The notes under the pieces were generated by a model. That model made no database searches, had not been told where the DNA came from, and saw only the letters and a program-made list of their open reading frames with translations. This document shows, piece after piece, positions 34,475 to 48,042 of a stretch of DNA of 64,000 nucleotides. Location: assembly GCA_014238615.1 (NCBI GenBank), contig JABAAT010000007.1, forward strand, positions 40,736 to 104,735, written 5' to 3'. A program made the position numbers and the translations under genes. The first letter of the stretch is position 1. Each line of letters begins with the position of its first letter. Origin of the DNA: Gammaproteobacteria bacterium (GTDB lineage: Bacteria > Pseudomonadota > Gammaproteobacteria > Porifericomitales > Porifericomitaceae).

Positions 34475-35032
34475 CTAGAAGGGGATATCGTCGTCAAAGT
34501 CCTCCCCGCCACCGGAATCGGCGGGTCCGGGCGCGCTCTCCCGGGGAGCGCGGGGCGCACTTTCCCGGCCGCCGCCGCGCGTCGGTGCGCCGCGCCGGCG
34601 CTCACCACCACCGTCCGCCCCCCCGGACGGGCCCCCGGACGGGCCATCGTACGACTCCCCCCCCTGCGACGGGGGCTCGCCGGATGTCTCCCCACGGCGG
34701 TCCAGCATCATCATGTCGTTGCCGACGACCTCGGTGTTGTAGCGATCGCGGCCTTCCTGGTCCTGCCACTTGCGGGTCTGCAGGCGTCCTTCCAGGTAGA
34801 TGCGGGAGCCCTTGCGCAGATATTGCTCGGCGACCTCGGCGGTGCGCCCGAAAAGCACCACCCGGTGCCACTCGGTGTGGTCGATCCATTCGCCGCTGTC
34901 GCGATCCTTCCGCCGATCGGTGGTGGCCACGCGTAGATTGGCCACCGTCACCCCACTCTGGGTGCTGCGTGCCTCCGGATCGGCGCCTAAATTGCCGACC
35001 AGTATGACTTTATTGATGCCTCGACCTGCCAT
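34475..35032 (-). CDS. ssb: single-stranded DNA-binding protein
   Basis: OB-fold N-terminus [20 protein letters not shown]; Gly-rich tail ending DFDDDIPF. Divergent from uvrA. Confidence 0.9.
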   Translation of the reverse strand: MAGRGINKVILVGNLGADPEARSTQSGVTVANLRVATTDRRKDRDSGEWIDHTEWHRVVLFGRTAEVAEQYLRKGSRIYLEGRLQTRKWQDQEGRDRYNTEVVGNDMMMLDRRGETSGEPPSQGGESYDGPSGGPSGGADGGGERRRGAPTRGGGRESAPRAPRESAPGPADSGGGEDFDDDIPF

Positions 35033-35230
35033 GATTCAGCCCTCCCTGGCTTTTATATGGAGCGACCCGCGACCGGGATTCCGACCGGGGGCCTGGTTTC
35101 AGATGGTGGTAATTTCTCGCCGCACCTCTTATTATTCCCCAAGTCAGGCCGCGCTACAAGCACTCATTTCCTGGGGCTCGGGTTCGAGGGGCCGGGAGCG
35201 GCTTTCCCCCTTCTTCCAGGCTGCTCACCT

Positions 35231-38061
<2,831 letters not shown>

Positions 38062-38065
<4 letters not shown>

Positions 38066-39042
38066 AGCGACAGGAAACAGACGGCGGCCTGCTGATCTGC
38101 GGCTCCTTCGCCTACGATCACATCATGGTGTTCCGGGACCGCTTTACCTCCCACATCCTCCCCGAACAGCTGCGCATTCTGAATGTCTCCTTCCAGGTGA
38201 GCGGCCTGCGCCGCGAGTTCGGCGGCTGCGCGGGCAACATCGCCTACAGCCTGAACCTGCTGCGGCCGGGCAGCGCGCGCCCGGTGGGCGCGGTGGGCGG
38301 CGACTTCAGCGACTACGCGGCTCGGCTGCGTACGGCGGGCATCGACACCAGGCTGGTGCGAGAGTTCCCCAAAGAACTAACCTCCCAAGCCTTCATCATC
38401 ACGGATCTGGACGACAACCAGATCACCGCCTTCCACGCCGGGGCCATGAACCGCTCTCACGAACTCAGCCTGGCACCGGGCACCAAGGCGCGGCTGGCGA
38501 TTCTTTCCCCGGACGGCCGCGATGGCATGCTGCGCCGCGCCGTGGAGCTCAGCCAGGCCGGTATTCCCTTCCTCTTCGACCCCGGGCAGGGCCTGCCCCT
38601 GTTTGACGGCCCACAGTTGCACCATTTCCTGGAGGAGGCCGACTGGATGGCCTGCAACGACTACGAGTGGCGGCTCTTCCAGAAGCGCAGCAAACTGAAC
38701 CTGCCAAAGGTGTTGGAGCGCATCCAGGCCCTAATCGTCACGCACGGCGCCCGGGGCTCCGTCATTTACACCCGGGAAAAGGAGTACCGCATCCCCCCGG
38801 CGCCCGCAAGCCGGGTGGAGGATCCCACGGGCTGCGGTGACGCCTACCGCGCCGGGTTGCTGTACGGCATGCTGGAAGACTGGGATTGGGAACAATGCGG
38901 CCGCCTTGCGGCCCTGCTGGGAACCCTGAAAGTGGAACATCCGGGCACCCAGAATCACCGTTTCGATTGGCGGGAATTGGGGCGCCGCTACCAGGCCGCC
39001 TACGGCGAAGCCCCGCCCTGGCCCAGTCCCGGGACCGATTAA
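38062..39042 (+). CDS. PfkB-family carbohydrate/nucleoside kinase
   Basis: Motif [12 protein letters not shown] (cf. DTxGAGD) and an N-terminal GG dipeptide region. GTG start overlapping the uvrA stop. Confidence 0.7.
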
Positions 39043-39657
39043 GCGCGACTCCCCGGTCCTGGTAAGACAGCGGCCAAAAAGCCCGCGCAACCGCCGCCGC
39101 CGAACTTCTGTCCAACCGACATCCAACGAAATACCCGGCCTTGCCCGGCTGGAAACACCCTCACGGCGCGTCATCTTCGTGGCCCGCGGTGCATTGACGG
39201 GTTGAAACGGATGCTGCCGTGATACGATACGCTACAGGGTGTCCAGGGTATTGACGAGGATTGTGAGACGGCCCCCACGGAGAGATTGGATATGAAGGTA
39301 CGGAATTGAGCATAGAAGGCAAAGTCACAAAGGCTGGCATGGAGAGTACGGCCATCGAGACAAAGGCCAATGTGGCGTCACCGGGCATGAAGGGAATTCG
39401 CTCCGAAATTAGGGAGTCCGGGCACCCAACCCCACTCCGCAATGGGGAATCAATGAAAAGCATTCAGCGTGACGGCCCTGCATCGGCGTTGCCCCCGGAT
39501 AGGCCGGGCGGCCGAAGCGGCCCCCCCTCTCCTCGATCTGTGACCGGGTGCGGCTGGGGTGGTAAGTCGCTCAGTGCGGGTGCTCTCCCTCCCCAGTCCC
39601 AGGCTGGTCGGTAGCAGGGGGGAACCGGAACCACACCAGGAATCAGGAGGTAATTTG

Positions 39658-40236
39658 ATGAGTGATTCAAACCTTGGCGATGCCAACCTGAACAAGGAAA
39701 GCCTGCGCGGGGAAGACCTGCACGGAGCCGATTTGACCGGGGTCGACCTGAAAGGGAGGGACCTGAGCGGTGCCAACCTGAGCGGTGCCAACCTGCGTGG
39801 CGCCGACCTGCGCGACGCCAACCTGGGCGGAGCCGACCTGCGCTGCGCCAACCTGAGCATCAAGGACGATATGAGCCCAACCAACCTGAGCGGCGCCAAC
39901 CTGGGCAAAGCCGACCTGCGCGGCGCCAAGCTATACGGAGCCACCCTGCGCAATGCCGACCTGCGCAATGCCGACCTGCGCGGCGCCAAGCTGTATGGAG
40001 CCGACCTGCGCGATGCCGACCTGCGCGATGCCGACTTGCGTAATGCCGCCCTGTTCGACGTCGACCTGACCGATGCCAACCTGCGCGCGGCCGACCTGGG
40101 CGATGCCACCCTGAGCGATGCCACCCTGAGCGATGCCGACCTGAGCGATGCCAACCTGCGTGGCACCGACCTGAGCGATGCCGATCTGCGTGGAGCCAAC
40201 CTGGACGGAGCCAAGCTGGACGACGAAGTCAATTAG
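39658..40236 (+). CDS. pentapeptide-repeat protein (Qnr/MfpA-like fold)
   Basis: 192 aa of A(D/N)LxG pentapeptide repeats in two blocks separated by SIKDDMSPT. AGGAGG RBS 7 nt upstream of the ATG. Confidence 0.8.
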   Translation: MSDSNLGDANLNKESLRGEDLHGADLTGVDLKGRDLSGANLSGANLRGADLRDANLGGADLRCANLSIKDDMSPTNLSGANLGKADLRGAKLYGATLRNADLRNADLRGAKLYGADLRDADLRDADLRNAALFDVDLTDANLRAADLGDATLSDATLSDADLSDANLRGTDLSDADLRGANLDGAKLDDEVN

Positions 40237-40309
40237 GACGACGACGTCGAGCTGACTCCCTGGGCTGGTCGACGGAAGCCCCGTCAAAAAACTCTCACCG
40301 CCTGCTTCA

Positions 40310-41116
40310 TTAAGGCAATTGCCGGCGCTCCGCCGCCGCATCCTGATCCTCCCCGGCCGCCGCGGCTTCCCCGGCAGGTCCCGGCGGCAGCCCGGCGACC
40401 GTGCTTTCGATCCAGTCCCGAGCCGTATTCATGATCTCCCGGGCACTCCGGCGCCGCATCTCGATGGGTGCCCCGATGACCACCCGGATGCACCCCGGGT
40501 ATTTACGCCAACCGCTCCTGGGCCAGTAATGCCCCGCATTGTGCGCCAGGGGCAACACCGGGCACTTGGCGGCCGCGGCCAGCACCCCCCCGGAAGCGTG
40601 ATAGCGGCCGCGCTGTCCGGGCGGCATCCGGGTGCCCTCCGGAAAAATCAACACCCAACGGCCACGGCGCAGTTCCGCCAACCCCTGCTCCACGACCCGG
40701 CGCAGGGCTTCCTGGCCGCGCCCGCGATGCACGCTGATCGGCTCCAGGCCGGCCATGCCCCACCCGAAGAACGGTATCCACAGCAGTTCCCGTTTGATGA
40801 CATTGGCGTGCGGGGGCAGAATGCGATGCAGGGCCAAGGTTTCCCATGCCGACTGATGCTTGCTGAATACCAGGGCCGGGCCTTCCGCCGGCAGGTGTTC
40901 CAGGCCCTCAACGCGGTGGTGTATGCCGCAGCTCAGGCGCAGCCACCAAAGCGCGAAGCGGTTCCATTGGCAGGTGAAGCGGTAACGCCAGGCCAGCGGC
41001 AACGGCCGCAGCAGGGGGCACAGCAGGCCGAAAAGCAAGGTCGCGGCGGCGAAACCGGCGGAGAACAGCAGGCCGCGCAGCAGGGCCACGGGCACCGCTT
41101 CCTCAGGACTCCGCAA
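40310..41116 (-). CDS. plsC: 1-acyl-sn-glycerol-3-phosphate acyltransferase
   Basis: N-terminal TM, SKHQSAWETL (HxxxxD-type block) and FPEGTR. Confidence 0.8.
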   Translation of the reverse strand: MRSPEEAVPVALLRGLLFSAGFAAATLLFGLLCPLLRPLPLAWRYRFTCQWNRFALWWLRLSCGIHHRVEGLEHLPAEGPALVFSKHQSAWETLALHRILPPHANVIKRELLWIPFFGWGMAGLEPISVHRGRGQEALRRVVEQGLAELRRGRWVLIFPEGTRMPPGQRGRYHASGGVLAAAAKCPVLPLAHNAGHYWPRSGWRKYPGCIRVVIGAPIEMRRRSAREIMNTARDWIESTVAGLPPGPAGEAAAAGEDQDAAAERRQLP

Positions 41117-41660
41117 GACGCTCGACGTAAGCGTCCAGGTCCGGATAAACCGGCACCCCGGAGGGCACCGCGCCGCGTTTCAGCTCAGCGGTGCCGCGGC
41201 CGCTCAGCACATGGATGGGATCGGCTCCGGCGGCCCGCGCGGCAACGGCGGTAACCCCCAGGTCGGCGACCGAGGGAATGCCATTCAGATCCGGCCGCCC
41301 GAGACGCCGCGCGATTTCGGGAAACAACTGGATCTCCGGCTGCGCACAGGGACAGTCCTCCCGCCCGTCCTTGCAACCGCAAAATAAGACCGCGTCCACC
41401 CCGCCGCTCGGCACCAGCTGGCGCAGGCGCTGGCGCAGTTCCAGGCACATGGCGTACAGGGCTTGCGGCACGGCGTCCCCCCCGTCCCCCGCATCGCTGC
41501 TGAGCAGCAGGCGCCACCCCTGCCGGCACAGGCGCGCCATGGCCTCCAGGCTGCCCGGGAGCAGCTGCCATTCTTCCAGGCGTTCCGGCAGCGGCCGCGC
41601 GGGATCGTCCAGCACGCCCTCGCGACTGAGGATCAGGTAGAGGGCATCGGGAGCGCTCAC
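41103..41660 (-). CDS. gmhB: D-glycero-D-manno-heptose 1,7-bisphosphate phosphatase (HAD family)
   Basis: HAD-IIIA-like with a Cys cluster (CGCKDGREDCPC). glyQS-gmhB-plsC synteny. Confidence 0.65.
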   Translation of the reverse strand: MSAPDALYLILSREGVLDDPARPLPERLEEWQLLPGSLEAMARLCRQGWRLLLSSDAGDGGDAVPQALYAMCLELRQRLRQLVPSGGVDAVLFCGCKDGREDCPCAQPEIQLFPEIARRLGRPDLNGIPSVADLGVTAVAARAAGADPIHVLSGRGTAELKRGAVPSGVPVYPDLDAYVERLAES

Positions 41661-43798
41661 GGCGCGGCCCGGGTGGTGGGCAGCAGCGACAGGTCGGCGA
41701 CGCTGCGCAGCAACTCATGTAGTTCGGCCAGGAGCGCCAGCCGGTTGCGGCGCAACGCCTCATCCTCACACTGCACCAGCACCTTATCGAAGAAATTCTC
41801 CACTGGAGAGTGCAGTGTGGATAGTTCCTCCAGCACTGTTTCGTATTGCCTATCCCGCAAATGCGGCTTCAAGTTCTCACGCAGCTCCCGGCAGCACTCC
41901 GCCAAATCCAGTTCCTCCTTCTCGCGCAGCAGGCTCTTATCCAAGGCACCCGGCGGCGGACCCCCGGACTTGCGCAGGATGTTGCGAATGCGCTTGTCGA
42001 CACTGGCCAGTTCTTGGCACTTCGACCCACCCTGAAACGGCCGCAAGGATAGCAGACGGTCCTCTAAATCAGCAATTGAGCCCGATCGGCGCACCGCGAG
42101 CACCGCTTCGATCTCCTCCGGCCCCGCTTGCTGCACCTCCAGGAGATGGGCACGCCAACGCCCCAGCATGAAATCCAGCAGGCCGGGCGCGGCCTCGTCA
42201 CGGCCATAGCCCCTGGCAGCCATCGCCAACGCCTCCTCCAAATCCAGCAGCCAGGAATTGAAAGAGAGGATGCGCACGCAGCCCAAGGCGGCACGCCGCA
42301 GCCCATAGGGATCCTTATCGCCGGTGGGGGCCTCCCCAATCCCGAAGAACCCGCTCAGCGTGTCCAGGCGATCCGCCAGCGCCAGGACCTCTCCGAGCTT
42401 ACCGGGCGACGGCAGGTTGTCCCCGGCGTGGCGTGGCAGGTACTGCTGCTCGAGCGCCGCCGCCACCTCCTTCGACTCTCCGTCACACTCCGCGTAGTAG
42501 CGCCCGGCAAAACCCTGCAGTTCGGGGAATTCCCCCACCAGTTCGGTGGTCAGATCGCATTTACACAATTCCCCGGCGCGCCGTGCCAAGGCGGGATCAA
42601 CGCCCTTCTCCCTGGACTCGGCCAGAGGAGCATCCCAAAAGGCGACCTTCGCTGGCTGCCTCATCTCGTTCGATGCACCGGCCAGCTGGGCACTCAGTGC
42701 GGCGACCCGCTCGCTCTTATCCAGCATGCTACCCAAGCGGTGATGGAAGACGATATCGGCCAGCTCCGTGCACCGCGCCGCCAGTGGGCGCCGTCTATCG
42801 CGCTCCAGGAAGAACTGTGCGTCCTTGAAGCGCGGCAACAGCACACGCTCGTACCCGGCGCGTATCAGCCCCGGATCCTCCGGCTCCTGGTCCATGACCG
42901 CCAGAAAGTGCGGCGTTAACCGGCCGTTCGCTTCTAACGGGAAAAAAAACTGTCGGCCCCCAAGCACGGCAATCAACACTTCGCAGGGCAGTTCCAAGAA
43001 AACTTCCGGGAAGCTTCCGACCACCACTTGCGGCCACTCCACCATGGCGCTGACCTTGGCCAGCAACCCCTCGGGCTCTATGAGATGTGCCCCCAGCTTA
43101 TGCGCCTCCTGGTTCAGACCGTTGAGTATCTCTATCTCACGCGTCAAGGGAGAGGCCAGCACCTTGACCTTTTCCAGGCTCTTTTCGTACTCGGAGGCCC
43201 CACGCAACTCAACAACGGCGGGCGCCAGTAACCGGTGACCACGGCTGGAACGCCCCGCGCGCAACCCGAAGAGCTCCAGTTCAACGACTTCGGTGCCATA
43301 CAGCAACACCACCCAGCGCACTGGCCGCACGAAGTCCTCCACGCCTTCCTTCCAACGCATGCGCCGCATGGAAGGCAGCCCTGCCAGCGCCGCACGTACC
43401 AGCTCCGGCAACAGCTCCACCGTGGCCCGGGGCGCGTTGCGCATCCGATGCAACAGGTGCGTCTCCCCACGCTCCATGGACTCCAACCCCACCCCGCAGG
43501 AACGGGCAAAACCCAGGGCCGCCGGCGTCGGCCGCCCGGAAGCGTCAAAAGCCACCTCCAGGGCCGGGCCGCGACGGACCTTCTCGCTCCCCGGAGACGT
43601 CTCAGCCAGCTTTGACACCCGCACCGCCAGCCGCCGCGACGTCGCGAAATACTCATGGCCGGCAGCATCCAGGCGCGCGCCCTGAATCGCCGCGCACAAG
43701 GCAGCATCCAGGCCCGCACCCAAGCTCTCCAGGTGCCGCGCCGGCAGCTCCTCGGTGCCCAATTCCAGGAGCAGATCCGCGCTCACGTGGCTCCCCAC
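41657..43798 (-). CDS. glyS: glycine--tRNA ligase beta subunit
   Basis: 713 aa, typical GlyS length and N-terminus. Overlaps glyQ. Confidence 0.9.
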   Translation of the reverse strand: MGSHVSADLLLELGTEELPARHLESLGAGLDAALCAAIQGARLDAAGHEYFATSRRLAVRVSKLAETSPGSEKVRRGPALEVAFDASGRPTPAALGFARSCGVGLESMERGETHLLHRMRNAPRATVELLPELVRAALAGLPSMRRMRWKEGVEDFVRPVRWVVLLYGTEVVELELFGLRAGRSSRGHRLLAPAVVELRGASEYEKSLEKVKVLASPLTREIEILNGLNQEAHKLGAHLIEPEGLLAKVSAMVEWPQVVVGSFPEVFLELPCEVLIAVLGGRQFFFPLEANGRLTPHFLAVMDQEPEDPGLIRAGYERVLLPRFKDAQFFLERDRRRPLAARCTELADIVFHHRLGSMLDKSERVAALSAQLAGASNEMRQPAKVAFWDAPLAESREKGVDPALARRAGELCKCDLTTELVGEFPELQGFAGRYYAECDGESKEVAAALEQQYLPRHAGDNLPSPGKLGEVLALADRLDTLSGFFGIGEAPTGDKDPYGLRRAALGCVRILSFNSWLLDLEEALAMAARGYGRDEAAPGLLDFMLGRWRAHLLEVQQAGPEEIEAVLAVRRSGSIADLEDRLLSLRPFQGGSKCQELASVDKRIRNILRKSGGPPPGALDKSLLREKEELDLAECCRELRENLKPHLRDRQYETVLEELSTLHSPVENFFDKVLVQCEDEALRRNRLALLAELHELLRSVADLSLLPTTRAAP

Positions 43799-44709
43799 CC
43801 GGACAGCAGCGGAAAATTCAAACGCTCCCGCGCATGCAGCCAGGCGGCAGCCACATCGCGCGCCAGGCGCCGCACCCGCAGAATGCCGCGCTGCCGCTCC
43901 GTGACCGATAACAGCCCTCCCGCGTCCAGCAGGTTAAAGACATGCGAAGCGCGCAGCACGCTGTCATACGCCGGCAAGGGCAACTCCGCCTCCAGCAGCC
44001 GCGTGCAATCGCTTTCACACTGTTCCAGGGCGGCGCGCAGCCCCGGCCCATCGGCATGTTCAAAGTTGGCGGCCGACATCTCGGCCTCGGCCTGCCGATA
44101 CAGATCCTTGTAACACAGGGCGCCGCCGTCCGGCGTATGGGCCCACGTCAGATCGAACACGCTGTCCACTTCCTGCAGGTACATGGCGAGACGTTCCAGG
44201 CCATAGGTAATCTCACAGGAAACCGGTCGGCAATCCAGCCCGCCGACCTGCTGAAAGTAAGTAAACTGCGTAATCTCCATCCCGTCCAGTTGGACTTCCC
44301 AGCCCAGCCCCCAGGCCCCCAGGGTGGGAGACTCCCAGTCGTCTTCCACGAAGCGCAGATCGTGGCGACCCAGCTCCAGCCCCAACGCCTTGAGCGAATC
44401 CAGGTAAGCCTGCTGGCAGTCCTCCGGAGCCGGCTTCAGCAGCACCTGGAACTGGTAATAGTGCTGCAGGCGATTCGGGTTGTCCCCGTAACGCCCATCC
44501 GACGGCCGCCGGACGCCCTGCACGTAGGCGGCCCGCCAAGGCTCCGGACCCAGAGCCCGCAGGAAAGTAGCCGGATGAAAGGTACCGGCGCCCATCATGT
44601 GATCGTAGGGCTGCAGGACCAGGCAGGAACGTTCAGCCCAATAATTCTGCAGCCGCTGAATCAACTGCTGGAAATCGTTCGGACGACCGGTGGGCTGAGG
44701 CGTATGCAT
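43783..44709 (-). CDS. glyQ: glycine--tRNA ligase alpha subunit
   Basis: [46 protein letters not shown] is near-identical to the GlyQ consensus. Confidence 0.9.
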   Translation of the reverse strand: MHTPQPTGRPNDFQQLIQRLQNYWAERSCLVLQPYDHMMGAGTFHPATFLRALGPEPWRAAYVQGVRRPSDGRYGDNPNRLQHYYQFQVLLKPAPEDCQQAYLDSLKALGLELGRHDLRFVEDDWESPTLGAWGLGWEVQLDGMEITQFTYFQQVGGLDCRPVSCEITYGLERLAMYLQEVDSVFDLTWAHTPDGGALCYKDLYRQAEAEMSAANFEHADGPGLRAALEQCESDCTRLLEAELPLPAYDSVLRASHVFNLLDAGGLLSVTERQRGILRVRRLARDVAAAWLHARERLNFPLLSGWGAT

Positions 44710-44947
44710 AAGGGAAAATCCAGCAAAGCCGCCGCGCGTCGCTGACGAACGGCCCGGCCCGACCGTGATAAGTGCTGACGTTTACAGTATAACCCGAGCC
44801 CCGCCCCACCCCGCCCCTGCTGTACCAGGCACGCAAGCCCGACACCAGGCAAGATTCAGCGCCGCGCCGCTCCAGGGAACAGGACAGGAATCAGGCAATG
44901 GATCAGCGGGCCCATCGCCGGTTGCAGGCGACCATACGCCACGCTCA

Positions 44948-45121
44948 ACGTTACCGCCGCCGCTGCCCGGCTCCCGCCAAAACCAGGACGCTCGGCACGC
45001 GGCGGCAGGGCATACACACGGCTTCCCTCGAAGTCGGGCTCCAGGTTGACGGCCCCAAGGATCACCCCTCGGCTGTCACGCACGTTACCGCCGCCGCTGC
45101 CCGGCTCCCGCCAAAACCAGG
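44948..45121. repeat. pair of 40-bp direct repeats (44948..44987 and 45082..45121)
   Basis: ACGTTACCGCCGCCGCTGCCCGGCTCCCGCCAAAACCAGG occurs twice, 134 bp apart, in the intergenic region between glyQ and the small ORF after sspA. Confidence 0.7.
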
Positions 45122-45137
45122 CCGCATGGCCGGGCGG

Positions 45138-45332
45138 TCAGCAGTGCAGGCAGCGCTTGACCCCGAAGATTTCCTCGGGATCGCCTTCCGAGTTCACGTA
45201 GTCAAGGATCACCCTCAGGGCCTTGTTTTCATCAGTCAGGTCGTATTTCTGGGCCGCAGCTTGCAGCAACTCCAAGTGTACGTCGCGTATCAAAAAATTG
45301 TACTCCAGTTTGCCGTCCTCCAGATCGCTCAT
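45138..45332 (-). CDS. small acidic hypothetical protein (64 aa)
   Basis: MSDLEDGKLEYNFLIRDVHLELLQAAAQKYDLTDENKALRVILDYVNSEGDPEEIFGVKRCLHC. Sits where sspB usually lies but does not resemble SspB. GC about 54%. Confidence 0.4.
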   Translation of the reverse strand: MSDLEDGKLEYNFLIRDVHLELLQAAAQKYDLTDENKALRVILDYVNSEGDPEEIFGVKRCLHC

Positions 45333-45386
45333 CTTTTATTCCTCCCAAGGGAATCCCCGGTATGCGGTTGCAACCAGGTCACCTTG

Positions 45387-46025
45387 TTAACCTTCATAAA
45401 GATCGCGTTCATCCTCGGTCAGGCTGCCGTCAAACGCCGCGCGCGACAGCAGCTCATCGCTGTAGCGCTTCAGATGTTTCTGCGCCCCGGGCGACAACTC
45501 CAGGTCATAACTCCGCAGTCGCCAGAGCAGGGGCGCCATGCAGGAGTCCAGCAAGGTATATTCGTTGGACATGAAATACCTGCGGTGCATGAGCAGCTGC
45601 GAGATGGTGGTGAAGTTATCGCACAAGGTGCGGCGCGCCTTCGCCGCGGCCAGCTCATCGGTGTTCTCCAGCCGCAGGGCCGGTTTATACAGGTCGCGCA
45701 GGATGCGGAAGCGCAGCATGCGGTTCTCGGCCCTGGCGACCGGATCCAGGGGCTGCAGGGGGGGATGCGGGTAACGCTCATCAATGTATTCCATGATGAT
45801 CTGCGGGTCATAGAGCACCAGCTTGCGATCCAGCAGGGCCAGCACGTCGTCACAAGGATTGAGCGCGGCCAGATCCTCGGTTTTATCCGCGTTGCGCACA
45901 TAACGAATATCCATGCTGATATTCTTTTCCTGCAGCACGATCCGCACGCAGTGGTGCAGCGGATCCAAGGGGTCGGAATAGAGAGTCAGCACGGAAGGCC
46001 GGATCAACATCTCGGACATAACCAT
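45387..46025 (-). CDS. sspA: stringent starvation protein A (GST-like)
   Basis: LTLYSDPLDPLHHCVRIVLQEKNISMDIRYV...IIMEYIDERYPHPPL matches E. coli SspA closely. Confidence 0.85.
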   Translation of the reverse strand: MVMSEMLIRPSVLTLYSDPLDPLHHCVRIVLQEKNISMDIRYVRNADKTEDLAALNPCDDVLALLDRKLVLYDPQIIMEYIDERYPHPPLQPLDPVARAENRMLRFRILRDLYKPALRLENTDELAAAKARRTLCDNFTTISQLLMHRRYFMSNEYTLLDSCMAPLLWRLRSYDLELSPGAQKHLKRYSDELLSRAAFDGSLTEDERDLYEG

Positions 46026-46065
46026 CTTCTGTCAGCCGCGCGCAGGCCGGGCGGCCCTGTCAAGC

Positions 46066-46776
46066 TCAATGCACATCTTTCCAGTAGTCCCTCTTCAAAA
46101 GCCAGGTCACCAGGATAAGCAGCAGCAGGTAAAGCATCACCCAGGGCCCGAAGAAGCGACGCTCCATGCGGGCGGGCTCGCCAATATAGTACAGAAAGTT
46201 CACCAGGTCACCCGCGGCACGGGCGTATTGTTCTTCGTTCATGCTTCCGGCCCGCACCTGCTCCAGGTGATCGACCAGCTGCTGAGGAACTCCCAAGGGA
46301 CCTTCTTCAGTGCGATACACGGGGCGCCGGAGACCCTGTAACGGCCACAGGGCATGCGGCATGGCGGTATCCGGAAACACCAGGTTGTTGACGCCGGAGG
46401 GCCGGGTTTCATCCAGGTAAAAGCCGGTCAGGTAAGCATACAGCCAGGAGGCGCCGCGCGAACGGGCCACGACGCTGAGATCCGGTGGCGCCACCTGGAA
46501 AAAGCGTTTACCGTCCGCCGCGCTCATGGCCGAGCTCATATGCGCGCCCAGCTTGTCGGTGCCGAACATCAGGTTGCGCTGCATCACCTCCGCGGGAAGC
46601 TTGAGATCTTCGGAGATGCGTTGATAACGCACGTAACGAGCCCCGTGACAACCAGCGCAATAGTTGACGAACAGGCGCAGACCGCGCTGCAGGGAGTGCA
46701 GGTCGGAGATTTGTGCATGGTAGCGCGGCGTTTCCCCGCCGTCGGCGGCCGCCGCCGCCGCGCCGCCCGGCAGCAT
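46066..46776 (-). CDS. petC: cytochrome c1 (bc1 complex)
   Basis: Heme-binding CAGCHG motif and a C-terminal TM anchor. The signal peptide is only complete if a non-ATG start upstream (overlapping the petB end) is used. Confidence 0.8.
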   Translation of the reverse strand: MLPGGAAAAAADGGETPRYHAQISDLHSLQRGLRLFVNYCAGCHGARYVRYQRISEDLKLPAEVMQRNLMFGTDKLGAHMSSAMSAADGKRFFQVAPPDLSVVARSRGASWLYAYLTGFYLDETRPSGVNNLVFPDTAMPHALWPLQGLRRPVYRTEEGPLGVPQQLVDHLEQVRAGSMNEEQYARAAGDLVNFLYYIGEPARMERRFFGPWVMLYLLLLILVTWLLKRDYWKDVH

Positions 46777-46808
46777 CAGTAACAGAAGCCAGGGAAGTCG
46801 GAGCGCGT

Positions 46809-48038
46809 TCAGCGCAGCCGCTCCGGCTCAGGGAGTTCTCGATCGTAGCGGCTGTAGATCGGCATCAGCAGGAAAAAGGCGAAGTACACCGCGGTCAAGG
46901 TGCGCAGGGTGTAGTTGTACCAGGGACGATCGGTATGCAGGGTACCGAGCACACCCAAGGCCACGAAACTGAACGCGAAGGCCGCCAGCGCGCCGCGAAA
47001 TATCGGCCCACGGTAACGGATCGAGCGCACCCGGCCGCGGTCCAGCCAGGGCAGCAGGAAAAACAGCATGACCGCCGCCCCCATGGCGATCACACCGCCG
47101 AGCTTGTGCGGTATGGCGCGCAGGATCGAGTAGAAAGGCGTGAAATACCAGACCGGCGCGATGGTATCCGGTGTCTTCAGCGGGTCAGCCGCCACGAAAT
47201 TGTTGTGTTCCAGGAAGTAACCGCCCAGGTCGGGGGCGAAAAACACGATCGCGAAGAAGATGAACAGGAACACCGATAACCCGAAGATATCCTTGACCGT
47301 GTAGTAAGGATGGAAAGGCACACTATCCAGGGGACGGCCCTGTGCATCCTTACGGCGCTTGATCTCAAGGCCGTCCGGGTTGTTCGAGCCCACGTGGTGC
47401 AGGGCCATCAGGTGCGCCCCCACCAGGATCCCCAGCAGCAGCGGCAAAGCGATCACATGCAGCGCGAAGAAACGGTTCAGGGTGGCATCCGAGATCAGGT
47501 AGTCGCCGCGCATCAGGGTGGCCAGCTCGTCGCCCCACGGCAACACGCTGAACACGGAAATGATGACCTTGGCGCCCCAGTAGGACATCTGCCCCCAGGG
47601 CAGCAGGTACCCGAAAAAGGCCTCCGCCATGAGCACCAGGTAGCTGAGCATGCCGATGGTCCAGAGCAGTTCACGCGGCTCCCGGTAGGAGCCGTAGAGC
47701 AACGCCCTGAACATATGCAGGTAGATGACGATGAAGAAGAAGGAAGCCCCGGTGGAATGCATGTAGCGCAACAGCCAGCCCCAGTCCACGTCGCGCATGA
47801 TGTACTCCACGGAGGCGAAGGCGAATTCCGCCGAGGGCTTGTAGTTCATCGCCAGCCAGATGCCGGTGACGATCTGCAACACCAGCATGAACAACGCCAG
47901 GGAACCGAAGTAGTACCAGAAGTTGAAATTCTTCGGGGCGTAGTAACACGCCATGTGGTCGTGCCAGAAGCGCGACACCGGGATGCGATCGTCCAGCCAG
48001 CCTAGAAAGCGCAGTGGAGCGGAAAGACGCTTGTCCAT
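46809..48038 (-). CDS. petB: cytochrome b (bc1 complex)
   Basis: 409 aa, polytopic, with the expected heme His ligands in helices. Confidence 0.9.
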   Translation of the reverse strand: MDKRLSAPLRFLGWLDDRIPVSRFWHDHMACYYAPKNFNFWYYFGSLALFMLVLQIVTGIWLAMNYKPSAEFAFASVEYIMRDVDWGWLLRYMHSTGASFFFIVIYLHMFRALLYGSYREPRELLWTIGMLSYLVLMAEAFFGYLLPWGQMSYWGAKVIISVFSVLPWGDELATLMRGDYLISDATLNRFFALHVIALPLLLGILVGAHLMALHHVGSNNPDGLEIKRRKDAQGRPLDSVPFHPYYTVKDIFGLSVFLFIFFAIVFFAPDLGGYFLEHNNFVAADPLKTPDTIAPVWYFTPFYSILRAIPHKLGGVIAMGAAVMLFFLLPWLDRGRVRSIRYRGPIFRGALAAFAFSFVALGVLGTLHTDRPWYNYTLRTLTAVYFAFFLLMPIYSRYDRELPEPERLR

Positions 48039-48042
48039 GGAT

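Noticed and set aside
39306-39614. 102-aa ORF upstream of the pentapeptide gene
   Set aside because: Low-complexity, no RBS, lies in an AT-richer non-coding stretch; likely spurious.
42128-42919. 263-aa plus-strand ORF
   Set aside because: Antisense to glyS.
44898-46118. 406-aa plus-strand ORF
   Set aside because: Antisense to sspA and the small ORF; no start-context support.
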